Assembly: GCA_035084275.1 (NCBI GenBank) | Contig: CM068762.1 | Span: 11,780,001-11,844,000 of the forward strand | Length of the DNA stretch: 64,000 bases | Source of the DNA: Hydrolagus colliei | Lineage: Eukaryota | Reading direction: 5' to 3' | Part shown: positions 12,429 to 24,400 of the stretch, one piece after another | How the letters are laid out: each line of letters begins with the position of its first letter | Position numbering within the stretch: the stretch's first letter is position 1 | Notes under the pieces: model-generated | Seen by the model: only the letters and a program-made list of their open reading frames with translations | What the model was told of the DNA's origin: nothing | Database searches by the model: none | Made by a program: the position numbers and the translations under genes

Positions 12429-15400
12429 ATGGACTTCACCTTGATTCTTCTCTTCTCTTCCCTCTCAGGTCAGTCACACCTGGAGCTGAGCAGCCAGATG
12501 TTCCCGTGGTTGGACTGGTTGGCATTTTGAAAGCAGTTGTTAAAAATGCTCTTGTTTTTTCTCTCATTGTCCTCTCTCTCTCTCTGTCTCTGAAAATTTC
12601 TCAACAATTGCAGAACTGTATTGAGATCTCAGTATAAAAAAACACTGTTAAGTTTCATGACTTCCCCTTACTTATTGCAAGAGTCGGATTACCGGCCTGG
12701 AGTCTGCATCTTGTGAATGTTTCAGGCATTCTCAATAAAATGGAGTCCTGTAGCTCAGTGGTTAGTGCTCTAGCCATGCCAGCGAAAGAGCTGGGTTCGA
12801 TTCCAGGCAGGGTGAAACATTGGGCAAGTTTTCGTACTCCAAACGCCTATTAATAATCCGTAAAAAAATACAAATTTGGCCACTCAAATCGCGACTGTTT
12901 GTGGGGACATTGCTGTAATTGGCTGCTGCGTTTCTCCCACAAATATACAGTCAATTCACTTTGCAGTCTATTCTGTGAGGCGCTTTAAGACGTCTAGAAG
13001 ATGTGAAAAGCCCTATATCAAATGCAAGGATTATATTCTTATTCTTATAAAATAGTATTTAGAAGTTGCTTTGCCATGCTTGGTATGAACGCTGTCACTT
13101 TCACTAAATATTCTCAGGATTGGACCAGTTTGAGATCAACGAAAATAAATGTACAAGGCTGAATAAAGAAGAACAAATAAAATTATAGAACCAACTATTT
13201 TTTTTGGAGTTGAGATAACGATCAGACATCATAAAATAGAAAAGCAGAACAGGCTCTGGGTGGGGGTGGGGGTGGGGGGCTGAATTATCTCCTCTTGTTC
13301 CTAATATAAAACAGGAAGAAATATGAAAATTCTTTCTTTTTTTTTAAAAGACCTTCTGGAAAGTCCCAGATTTTGTCATTGACTATTAGAATACCTGCGC
13401 CTTGTGACGTCCTCCTGACGTGATTGGTGTTGTATAAGTGTAATTTTGTTGTTGTTGCATTTGATGTAGTGCCTATCATGTTGTCAGGACGTCTGTCCCA
13501 AAGCTCTCCACAGGATATACGCTAAAGTGGATTGATTGTGTGTTTTGTGGGTGAAACGCGGCAGCCAAATTGGAGAAAAAGAAATAAACTAAAATGATGA
13601 AACAGGAAGAGAGTTTGACGGGGCTCCAGAAATCAGCCTCGGGTGTGGTCATCAGCTCCTCTGTCCCAGACCTGATACAGAACAAACAGCAATAACAGCA
13701 GCGTCCAGCCTCAGTGATCAATGCTTAAACCCCAATCACAATACACCAGCCGTTCAAATGTATGGATAAGAGCAGTGGTGCTCACAGTCTGTACACAGTT
13801 GGGAATCGTTTACTAAAGGAAGTGTTTGTATTGAGCAGTTATGGTTTGTTTCATTGGTGATGTTTTGTCTCTAGTTTCAGATGCAATATGGGGGGAAGCT
13901 GCTGTAACAGGAGTTGTGGGCCGAGCGGTCACAATAAACTGTCACTATGATAAACAGCGGTACCGGTCACACAGGAAATATTGGTGTTGGGGATACTATC
14001 GTGCTAGTTGTGAGGATGTAGTTGATACAAATAAGAAGAATGGACAACAAGGAAGATTCTCAATCACAGATCACACCAGTGACAGGGTATTTACTGTGAC
14101 TATGGAGGATCTCACCACTGGAGATGACGGATGGTATAACTGTGGTATTGATACACCTGGCTATGATCCACTGTTTGTTGTACGACTACACATATCCTAC
14201 GGTAAGCTACCTAAGCTATTGATTCTTATTTTAATGTGTAAAACTGTTACTTGTGAGTCTAACAAGGAAAATACAACGTTTGCAAAAAAGCTGCACATAT
14301 CTGTCCGTACCTTAAACCATTCACTTTAATTTGACTGATTTCATCTGCATCTTTCATTTGACTGTCATGATTTCCTAACTTAAGAAACTCTGTCGCATAT
14401 AACACAAGTCAGACTCCATGAGAAGTCAGTTTGTTATTCTATGACAGTTTTTAATCAGCTCCAATGTAGGAATTAGAATATGTCCGCTGTTGCTGAGCAA
14501 ATCTGAATTGTGTTCTTTGCCTATAAGCAGCTGAGATCACAGCAAAGCCAAAGTCAACCGCACACACTTCAACTACAAGTGACACACAAGACCTCAACAC
14601 GGCAGCTGCAGATGAAAAGCTCAGGTAGGAACAGAACTATTATCCCACGTGTCAGGCCCTGACATGTCATTGTGTCTTGGAGCGACAGACTGAACAGTGA
14701 GGGCAGGGATTCTTCTCATTCATCTCCTTCTAACCCTGTAAACTAACGGACAGGGTGGTCCTAGCTGGCGAAACAGTGAGAAACTTGCCTTTCAATAATT
14801 TCAGTGGTAAGTTAGGTACTTTAAGCTGATTAAACCCCAACAATTAACCCAATGGAGTCCACAAACCTCGGTCCTCACCAAACTGCAGCTCCCACAATTG
14901 TGAAACGAACCCTCCTCTACGTGTTGTAGTTTCGCCAACTTAGCAAAGAGTTGTACTTGACTCGAAAAGCCTTGTCACGTCCTGTTCTCTGCTCTCTAGG
15001 TTGGTGTACATTGTGCTGGGATTGCTGGGGCTGCTGCTGATCGCAGCCATTCTGTCTGTACTTATGCTCAGGAAGCAAAGGAAGAAGCGCGGTGAGTGTC
15101 TGACTCATATTAGGCTTTAATGGTTTATATTGACATTGATACAAATGATTTAATTGGTGTCAATTGGCTGCCCAGTCAATTCACTTCACAGTATATGAAG
15201 GGGTGGAGTCCTGTAGCTCAGTGGTAGGAACACTCGCCTTACAAGTGTGAGACCCATGTTCGAATCCAGACAGGTCAGGGTGAAACCTTTGGCAGGTTTC
15301 CTTACTCCACACACGCTTAGTAATAATCCCTCCAAAAAACATTTGTAATAAATTGATCATTTCAATCTACGACTGTTTGTGGGGATACTGCTGAGCGCAA

Positions 15401-17128
15401 TTGGCTGCTGCGTTTTCCCCACAAATGTACAGTTAATTCACTTAACAGTATATTCTGTGAAGCACTTTGAGATGTCTAGCTGGAAAGCACTCCTGTACAT
15501 TGATTGCAGGATTATTATTAGTATAATGTTTGATGAGATGACATTTTACTTTGGTGGTCACATCAAATCTGCAATGAGATGGCACAAATTCTGCAAGATT
15601 TAATACGAGTCGACAGAATGAAAATATTTAGATTGATCTGTGAGTTAGTGACTAGCGGGCAGTAATTTCACAGGGAGAATAAAGAAAACTTATTCAGTGA
15701 TTATCTGTGGCTTCAACTTTACTTCCAACATGTCAATGATTAGTAGCAGATTGTCAGGAGACACTTGTTGATTCTTGTGAACATTTTCCCTGTCTAGTTG
15801 GCTCACGTGGAGCAGGGAATGGTGATGAGGTAAGAAGCTTAATGTACGCTTCATGACGTTAAGAAAAGTTTAAACTGATGACCTGGGGCCTGTCCTCAGG
15901 TGGATGTTAAAGAGCCACTGATCACAAAGAGACGGGAGTTTCTCCCCATGTTTTGGCCAACAATCCACCAGATTAACTGGCCAGAGACTGCGGGATGGAA
16001 TTCCAGAGGTTGGGGGCAGAGTGGCTAAAGGCTCACCCGCCAATGTTGGGGCGGATGGGTCGGGGGACGTGGAGCAGGCCAGAGCCTGCTGAGCGGAAGG
16101 ACTGAGCAGATTGGTAAGGGGTTAGAAGGTCACAGATGTAGGGTGGGTCGAGGTTGTGGAGGACTGTAAATGTGAAGACCAAGATCTTGAATTGGTCAAG
16201 ATCAATGACCCCTCTGGATGATGGGGAGCCAATAGAGTCGGGTAAGGATGGGGCGATGGGGTCACAGAGTTTAGAACGGTAGAGGACATGGGCCGCAGAG
16301 TTCTGGATAATCTGCAACCTGTGGAGGGAGGAGTTGGGAAGGCTGACAAGCGAGGCATTTCCATAGTCGAGCCGGGATGTAATGAAGGCATGAATGAGGA
16401 TTTCAGCGGCTTTAGGGGGTCAGGTAATGGAGGAGTCATGAAATGTTGCACAGGAGGGAAAAGGCAGAGGTTGCATGTGGGGGAGGTAAGACAGTTGAGG
16501 GTCAAATACCTAGTTCAGACACCGAGGTTCCTGAGGCTCTCGGTGAGGTCGAGTGAGCAATCATGGAAGTTGATGCTGCCAGTGCCTGATGCATAAAGGA
16601 GGGCCTCTGTCTTGTTGATATTCAACTGTAGAAAGTTAGCTCTCATCCAGGACTTCACGTCTAACAGAAAGTCTATCAAGACAGTAGTAGTCCCGGAGTC
16701 GAGGGTAGAAGCAGAGAGATACAGTTGGGTGTCATCATACATGTGAAAGTTAGGCGCGATATCAAACACAAAGTTATTACGAAGCACAAAGCAAATCATG
16801 TCTGAGCATTGTATTGACCCGTGCAATTTAACTCCAGTTTGAAACCAATACAATTTTCGCCATCGTGCAGAAGAGGTCAGCGAGTTCTGTGGCTGGGAGC
16901 AGCGAGGCAGCCACACAGTTATGTACTGGAGATGCCAACATCACGTACGCAGAAGTGGAGTTTGTTCAGAGATCAGCAAAGGCAGAGAGTGGAACCCCAG
17001 CCACGCTCTCATCCAACACTGGCAACAACACCATTTACAGCAACATCATGGCTCAAAATCCACCCTCACAGGACAGGAAGGAAAACCCAGAGTTGAAAGT
17101 GACAGAATATGCCTCAGTTACAAATTAG
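12429..17128 (+). CDS. R2: single-V inhibitory-type CD300-like receptor, about 291 aa
   Basis: Exons: leader 12429-12468 (MDFTLILLFSSLS), V 13875-14201, stalk 14531-14624 (alternative AG 3 nt upstream), TM 15000-15091 (LVYIVLGLLGLLLIAAILSVLMLRKQRKKR), cyt1 15798-15829, cyt2 16838-17128 (ITYAEV, TIYSNI, TEYASV). Phases 1,1,2,1,0 give an open 876-nt CDS. Confidence 0.85.
12742..13045 (+). mobile_element. tRNA-derived SINE (Deu-like core, L2-like tail); representative of dozens of copies in the window
   Basis: A box (tagctcagtggttag), B box (gggttcgattcc), core aattggctgctgcgtttc, tail aaagcgcttt..atcaaatgcaaggatta(tta)n. Confidence 0.85.
13875..14201 (+). CDS. R2 Ig V exon
   Basis: Inside ORF 13841-14329; CHY..KYWCWG..SC..WYNCGI; ctag|tt acceptor and TAC G|gtaag donor. 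Confidence 0.93.
15204..15522 (+). mobile_element. tRNA-derived SINE
   Basis: Full-length copy of the same family. Confidence 0.85.
16000..16745 (-). mobile_element. L2-clade LINE fragment in the R2 cyt1-cyt2 intron
   Basis: Frameshifted QIIQNSAAHVL..FKILVFTF..HNLDPPYICDLLTPY..RS and YDDTQLY RT motifs. Absent from R4 and R5. Confidence 0.82.
16838..17128 (+). CDS. R2 terminal cytoplasmic exon with ITIM/ITSM motifs
   Basis: Acceptor aactccag| in phase 0. Extends ORF 16865-17128 and is paralogous to 30080-30382 and 46634-46936. Confidence 0.85.
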   Translation, partial: FETNTIFAIVQKRSASSVAGSSEAATQLCTGDANITYAEVEFVQRSAKAESGTPATLSSNTGNNTIYSNIMAQNPPSQDRKENPELKVTEYASVTN

Positions 17129-17749
17129 CAGCAAAAATAGTGATGGGGTGATGGGGAGGGGAGGGGGGGGTGTAACCCCTGATATCATAATTTCCACGCT
17201 GGATGATGTGGGGTAGGGGTATCTCACAATGCTGTTATTCCCGTTAGCATTTATTCAGAGGGAATATTTTTGGCTCCAGTAAAATGCGCACGGCTTTACG
17301 CGACAATCGTATTATGTTATTGTTTTGTCGGACGCTCAGAAACGCTGCATTGTTCGCGACCAAACTGTCCACAAAAACAAAGTGTCCCTGAAGGGAAGTC
17401 CTTTGCCTCGCTGACCAGACAGACACAAGCTGCTGGATTTACTTTTGGCTCCAATTAAACAACTCAGGGGATCCGATACCTGTGACCGGCATTGCCTAAT
17501 GTAACGCTGCTCTGAATGTTTACGCCTCTCAATGAGTTAAATAAAAGTCTTCAACTGCCTGACGTTCATTGTTCATTTGCCTGAATATTTGAGGATGAGA
17601 AGCGACCATAAGAGACTGTCCCTGATATTAACTGTCACCTTTCATGTGTTAGTGTTGTTTCCCATTGCGTTGGTTCTGAAGATATAGTTGACACAAATAT
17701 ACACATCTGTTCAATGGACGACTAGAAAGAAGTCAATCATTTACTACAG

Positions 17750-18375
17750 CAATAACAATTTGTAGAGCGCTTTTCATGTCGGGAGGATGTCCCAAGGTCC
17801 TGAACAGTCAGGGGTCAGGAACCGAGCATGGGGGGAAAGGGCAAGTTTGGGATGAGGGAGGGCAGAGAGGTGGGAGGGCTACTGAAGATGCGGTTGAAGA
17901 GGAGAAATTTTATCCCATGTCAACAGATGATGCCACCAAGGTGGAACATGTAGAGGTTGAAGAGGAGGGCACCAAGGACAGAGTCCTGAGGAACACCGTT
18001 CGAGACAGCGTGAGGGTTAGAAGAGAAAAGGTTGACGGAGACAAAGTGGAGATGGTGTGAGAGGTAGGACCTGAACAGGTCAAGGACAGAACCTTGAAGG
18101 TTGAGGTGAGAGGAGAGGCAGTGGAGGAGGATTGCCTCCTCGTCATCCTTGACCAAGGAGCCGAAGGTGGCATGGAGGTCGAGGATGACGAGGAGGCAGA
18201 GGCAGCCCTGGTCACAGACGGAGAAGATGTCATTTGTGACCTTTACCAGAGCAGTGCAGAAACCCAATTGAAGGGACTCATGGAGGGAGTGGGAGGAGAG
18301 GAAAGAGCTAAGCGGGGAAGCAATCACTCTTTCAAGGAATTTGGAAAGAAAAGGTAGGTTGGAGATGGGCCGTTA
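17750..18375 (-). mobile_element. Internally deleted L2-clade LINE (RT core joined to 3' tail)
   Basis: ORFs 17910-18233 and 17920-18327 (KVTND..LLVILDL..GVPQDSVLGALLFNLYM), followed by an L2 3' tail. Confidence 0.82.
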
Positions 18376-19925
18376 GTGGGTGAGACTCTTTGTTGGTGTA
18401 CATTAACTTTTGTGTTGATTCCCAGGATCGCAGGATTGAAACACAGTATTTTCTGGTTTGCCGACGGTTAGTTTGGGATCAGTCCTTGTCTCGGGAAAGG
18501 TTTGGAGAGTGATAAGTTCACTGTCAAGCTGTCAAACCTTTTTTGTGTGGGGTGAGATGTGTTTTATATTTAAAAAAAACTTCTTTTTTTACTCAATCCA
18601 CAACTGTCGGTGCAACTCTGCTGTGTCTAATTTGCTTCCGCGTTACATCCATAAAATACACAGTCATTCCACTGCGCAATATATTGTGTGAAATGCTTAG
18701 AGACCTCTCAAGGACTCAGTGACAAGGCACTGAAATAAATAACAATCCTTGTATTTGATCCAGTGCCTTATTCCTTCGTTGAATATACTGTAAAGTTATA
18801 CCAAATGCAAGGATTATTATTATTATTATTTTATGATTTTTTTTGTTGTATTGGCTTTGACATGGATCACACATAAGGGGAAAGGCACAATATGAAATGA
18901 TACCTGCTACACGGTCATAGTCCATCCATTTTACAGGACATCCCACGAAGAACTTTGAGGCGCCTAGAAGGCATGTAGGCGTTATATCAAATGTAAGGAA
19001 TATTACCAGTACCAGTCAATATAGAGGTTGAAGAGACCTAGTTTTAGGTCTCAGCTGAAGACCTTTCTGTTCGACCGTGCCTTCAGTCACCTTTTTCCCC
19101 CCCTCCCCATGGCTCGGGCCCGGGATCGGTCATTGTGAAGCGCTCGGAGACGCCGTGTCTCTATGAGGCACATCGCAGCTTCTCAAACGTCTGAAATGAA
19201 GGCTTGCGTTCTGGGTGGAGTCAATAGGCTTGTATCACACCAGAGACGAGTCAAACTCGTCACCACATCTCCACACGCCCATGTTCCAGCCCATCAATAA
19301 TCTTTAGAGCAAAATCCACAAAACCGCACACAGCTAAAGAGGGAACTGAAAACAGACAGTTTGTAGGGCTGGTTTCGTGCTGGCTGCATTAGCTGTTCAA
19401 ATGAATTTGGAGGGTTGCACGTACATATCTCTTCGTCAGAAGCTCAGGCGATTTTTGAGCTCACAGACTGGGCTGCTGCTCCAGCTCGTGGGTCAGGGAA
19501 TTGGGTCAATTTGAGTATCTTAATCATCATAATAGTATTAATAATAGTAATAATCCCTCCACCATAGTAATATTAATCTGATCACTCAATCCATGACTGG
19601 GTAGTCTTGTGAACATTTCAAGCCTTCTCTCCCGTGACAAAATGGAACTTACTTGAGAAGTTGCTTTGCGAGGTCTGGTTTGGTCTGAATGCTGTTTCAC
19701 AAGATTGCAGACTCCAGTCTGGTAGTCGGAGTTTGGCAATAAGTAACGGGAAGTTACGAAGCTTAACGTGTTTTTTTGTTTACTGAGATGTCAATACTGA
19801 TCTGCAATCGTTGCGAAATTGAGAGGAGGGAGAGAAAAAAAAGATTTTTTTTAAAAACCTCTTTCAAAATGGCAATCGGTTCAACCATGGGAACATCTGG
19901 CTGCTCAGCTCTGGGTGTGACTGAC

Positions 19926-19960
19926 TTGAGAGGGAAGAGAAGAATCAAGGTGATGTCAAT
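19926..19960 (-). pseudogene. Orphan defective leader exon of the receptor family
   Basis: Copy of the leader with ATG changed to ATT and a 5-nt deletion. It keeps flanking promoter and intron-1 homology, but no V exon follows it. Confidence 0.8.
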
Positions 19961-21462
19961 CAGGAGCGAAGGGAACAAGGTCTGTTGTGTGGCAGCTCTC
20001 AGCGCTTCTTACTGAAAAGGAAGTGTGATCTAGTGTGATTCCCCTCCCCAGCCAATGCACAGATTAAAACACACACATACACACTCATTGTCAAACACAC
20101 ACACACACACACACACACAAATATATATACGCACACATTAATACAGTATGTACACACATATATTATTATACATACAACTTAATATATACACACACAGAGA
20201 TTAATATACACATATGCACTTAGATAGACATATATATTAAGGCAAAATTTTGCATTGTATACAGTCCCATCCATTTATGTCAAATTCGATGATATTGAGA
20301 TTGTATATTGACAAAACAGTGAAGCCCTGATTCCTCCCCTGCAGATCATTACCATAAATATACAGTGTCTGTCGGCATCGATATAAACTCCGTCACACTG
20401 ACAGCCACCAACTCTTTCAGTTAATGGCAGTATCCACGGCCTTGTTTTATCACCCGTTACATCAACAGGCATTTTATCCTCATGAGTGAGAGTGACATGT
20501 GAGTGAGGGTGACACATGTGAGGCCTATGAATCAGCCGTGTTCCATGTGCCGATCATACTCTAAAGTCTATTGTCATAATCCATACAATACCGAGTTGGG
20601 ATAGGCGCATGTATATGATATAGCACCTCTCACGTCGTTGAGATGTTTCAAAAGATGTACTGTAACGTGTATTTGTCCCACGAGCAGTCGTGGATCAAAT
20701 GACCGTATTATTATCATTTTGAAAGGATTATTACTTCCGAAATGGCAACCCGCCAATGAATTATAAAGCTGACATTTAACGTTTGATGAAGAGACTGACC
20801 TAAAGATGGTGAGTTATGGGAATAGTGTAAGATTTATTACTTTGGGAGCAGCCGGACAGACAAGTGCAAATAAATAGATTTCAACCATTCTGGTGTCATT
20901 GTATCTTTTTATTGTATGGAATTCATAGAAAAGACATTCAAGGTTTCGGGAATGATTGAGTGGAAGAACCATTGGTTTTTGGTTAATAATAATCCTTGCA
21001 TTTGATATAAGGCTTTTCACGTCTTCTAGACGTCTCAAAGCGCTTCACAGAATATACTGTACTACACTATATATTTGTAGACGAAGCAAGCAGCAACAAC
21101 AACAACAACATTTGTATAAGCACTTCAGGTCGGAAGCACATCCAATTGCGCACAGCAATGTCCCTCACACAGTCTTGGATTGAAATGACCAATTAATTAT
21201 TGTTTCTTTCAAGAGATTATTGTCAGGCTTGTGGAGTAGGGAAACTTACCCTGCCTCTCTTTTCATTAAGAGAAGACAGTTTCTCTCAGTGACCTGGTCA
21301 ACGATTCTCCAGTTATTTACCAGCAGATGGCTGTGTGTGGGACATTGCTGTGTGTATAATGGCTGCTGCGTTTCACACCTAAAAGAAAAGCACTTTGAGA
21401 TGTTTCAATGCCATATTGAGCTATAAACATCACAAATCCATCTGATCTGGATTCATCGGCCT

Positions 21463-24400
21463 CTAGGTTGGACGCCCAGTGAGTCTCTTATTGCGTTCCT
21501 CGGGTTGAGCTGAAAAAGCAAATAATTAATCCATAGATAATATTGACGTGACTGTGAGTCAAAGAGCATTTTACTTATCAATTTAGAAATAGGTTTCACT
21601 TTAATGATGTTTCTGAATTGCTGAGAAAAGTACCGTATGTTTTGAATTGACCGACATTTATTATGTTAAGGATTAATAAGAAAGGATTATTGTTAAATTA
21701 TTCATAAAAAGAAGATAATCCTCACCGTGCCTTTTCTTTGAACAGTAAATGCCCAAACCCAGAGAAATAAGCAGGACAGCGAACAGGACCCAGCGTAGCC
21801 AGCGCCACAGGATGTAACTGGGCAAAACCACAGAACAAGACAGTCAAGTCTTAAAAGAGACAGTTTCCATTGTGACAAACACCACAATTTTGCGACATTC
21901 TGACTGTGACATTAATGCAAAAACTATCAGACATTGGCCTTTGGCTGCGGATTAGACTTTTGTTTCAGGTGAAGTTTTAGAGAAAAGTGTAAATGCAAAT
22001 TAGACATGAGAAACTCAGCATAACTAGGGTTTATGGACCAGCTTTCATCTGATCTGAATGTCCTACTGGGCTCAGGGATGCCTTTTGTGGGTTATTGCTA
22101 TAAGAAGTTAGTGATAGAGACAACAGAAGAAAACAGGATATACCAAAGGGCACTGGGAGTGCCACACACAAGTGTGGTTCAGAGTATTGATTGTGAGATG
22201 AGAATAAAGTCTGAAGCTTTTCGAAAGAAATGAGGGTGGAAGAGCATTGAGCCTCTCATTTGAACCTGACTTTTTTTTTAAAAAAAGAGAATAATGGAGG
22301 AACCATTGGGAAATATCCAGGATGAAATTTGTTTCTGTGTGACGAAACCTGAGCCAATCACTATTCCCAGTGAAGGTAGCAACAACAAGTTACACTGGTA
22401 AAGTTTCTTTCACATTGGGAGGAGATGCCAAGGCGGTGGATAATAAGGGATTGGTACCAACACTCAGACGCACACACATTCACACTCTCACACACACACA
22501 CACTCATACATTCAGCCACTCACTCACCAACACACTCACACAAGAAGGATGGTCAGAAATTGTGACTGTGATGTGCGAATTACCGACTGTCCGTTCCTAC
22601 CCTAGTTTGCTTGCAGTTGAAAGGGCCTGACACATGGAGAGATAGTTCCAATCCTACCTGTTGTCTTTACGTTCACCTGGCATTGTGGAGGCTTGTGTGT
22701 CAGTGGAGGAGATGGTTGTAGCTGGAACGTGTGCAGTTGACATTGGCACGGTTGTGATCTCGGGACAGGAATATTCATGTCCTTTGAAGGGAAGAACACA
22801 ATTCAGAATCTCAACAGCTGCTCAGAAGAGAACCCTGGCACCAACCTGCACCCCAGGCTTGAAATAACAGACAACACTTTCTCTGTGTTTGTCACTGGAC
22901 TGGTCAGCAGGGGACATTAGTACTGACGCACTCAACACGTAAATTGTTCATTTACTGCCCCGCCATCGCCACCCCGCCATCACCCTTTGGAACTCCATCC
23001 CACAATCCCTTCACCTCACTCCCAAACTTTAAAGGGTCACCTCAAGACATTTCTCTTCGATCAGGCCTTCGGTCACCCTCCTACCAACTTCTCTCCCTGC
23101 CCTCCACTCTCTTTATCCCATCCCCAGCTAGGGTGAATCTGTCCAGTGTCCTGAGACATCCTCCCTGTCATGGACTGCTATGTGGTCACCCATTCAGTAG
23201 AGGGGACATAACACAATGGGATTGTGCAGTGTGGATAATTTCCCCATTGATTGAATTAATCAACGGACAAATTCAAGGCACTCTGAGACGCAGACTGGCG
23301 TGGAGAGTGTTATATAAATTGAAGTTGTTGTTGTATTAACTAACCTGAGAATCGAGTCTGAATGGACATTATTTGTTTCTCATGAATCCTCTGTTCAACA
23401 CTGTACTCACCAATGCTGTTGATTCTAACCAGGTAATGGCACGTCTCATTCAGGAACTGTAAACCTGAGACTTCAACCATTTCACTTTGTCGTGTTCCTT
23501 TGTTATTTGAGGCTGTGCAGTAGCACTGGTGAGACTGGGAGATGGAGCCACATTGTATGTCTAGTTTGTTGCTGTGAGAGATCACTGAAGCTCCAGACTG
23601 TGTCTCTCTGTACCATTGATACTGAATGGGAAGGGATCCACTGATGGACTTACAGGAGATGGAGACATTACCTCCTGAACACGAGGCATTGGGAGCTGAT
23701 AAGAATCTAAGCTGAGGAACCGACACAGGCTCTGTGGGGAAAGAGACAATCAGTCACTGGCTGACAGATTCTAATTCCTGCATTGGGACTGTTTACAGGC
23801 TGTCATAGAATAAACAACTGACTTCTCATGGAGTCTGACTTGTGTTATATGCGACAGAGCTTCTTAAGTTAGGAAATCATAACTTTCTGTGGTGTAAACT
23901 GAGCCAAGCTGAAGTACTGATGAGCTGGGTATGTGCTGAGTTACACATTGTGTTTGTAACGTGTCAGTCAATCAGTCAAATTAAAGTGAATGGTTTAAGG
24001 TACGGACAGATATGTGTAGCTTTTTTGCAAAAGTTGTATTGTCCTTGTTTGACTCATAAGTAACAGTTTTACACATTAAAATAAGAATCAATAGCTTAGA
24101 TAGCTTACCGTAGGATATGTGTAGTCTTACAGTAAACATTGGATCATAGCCAGGTGTATCAATACCACAGTTATACTGATCTGCATCTCGAGTGGTGAGA
24201 TCCTCCATAGTCACAGTAAATACCCCGTCTCTGGTGTTATCTGTGATGGAGAATCTTCCTCGTCGTCCATTCTTGTCGTTTGTATTAACTACAACCTGAC
24301 AACTAGTACGATAGTATCCCCAACACCAATATTTCCTGTGTGACCGGTACCGCTGTTTATCATAATGACAGTTTATTGTGATCGCTCGGCCCACAACTCC

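Noticed and set aside
12742-12815. tRNA-like sequences with A/B boxes (many copies)
   Set aside because: They are SINE heads: each continues into the same core and tail, and none forms a complete cloverleaf.
13476-13721. Recurrent ORF MITEAGRCCYCCLFCIRSGTEELMTT (also 24589 and 49177)
   Set aside because: It is antisense to duplicated intron 1. Recurrence reflects gene duplication, and the frames end differently in each copy.
14202-14329. Read-through extensions of V and C2 ORFs into introns as secreted isoforms
   Set aside because: Strong GT donors are present, extension lengths differ between copies, and nothing beyond recent duplication supports them.
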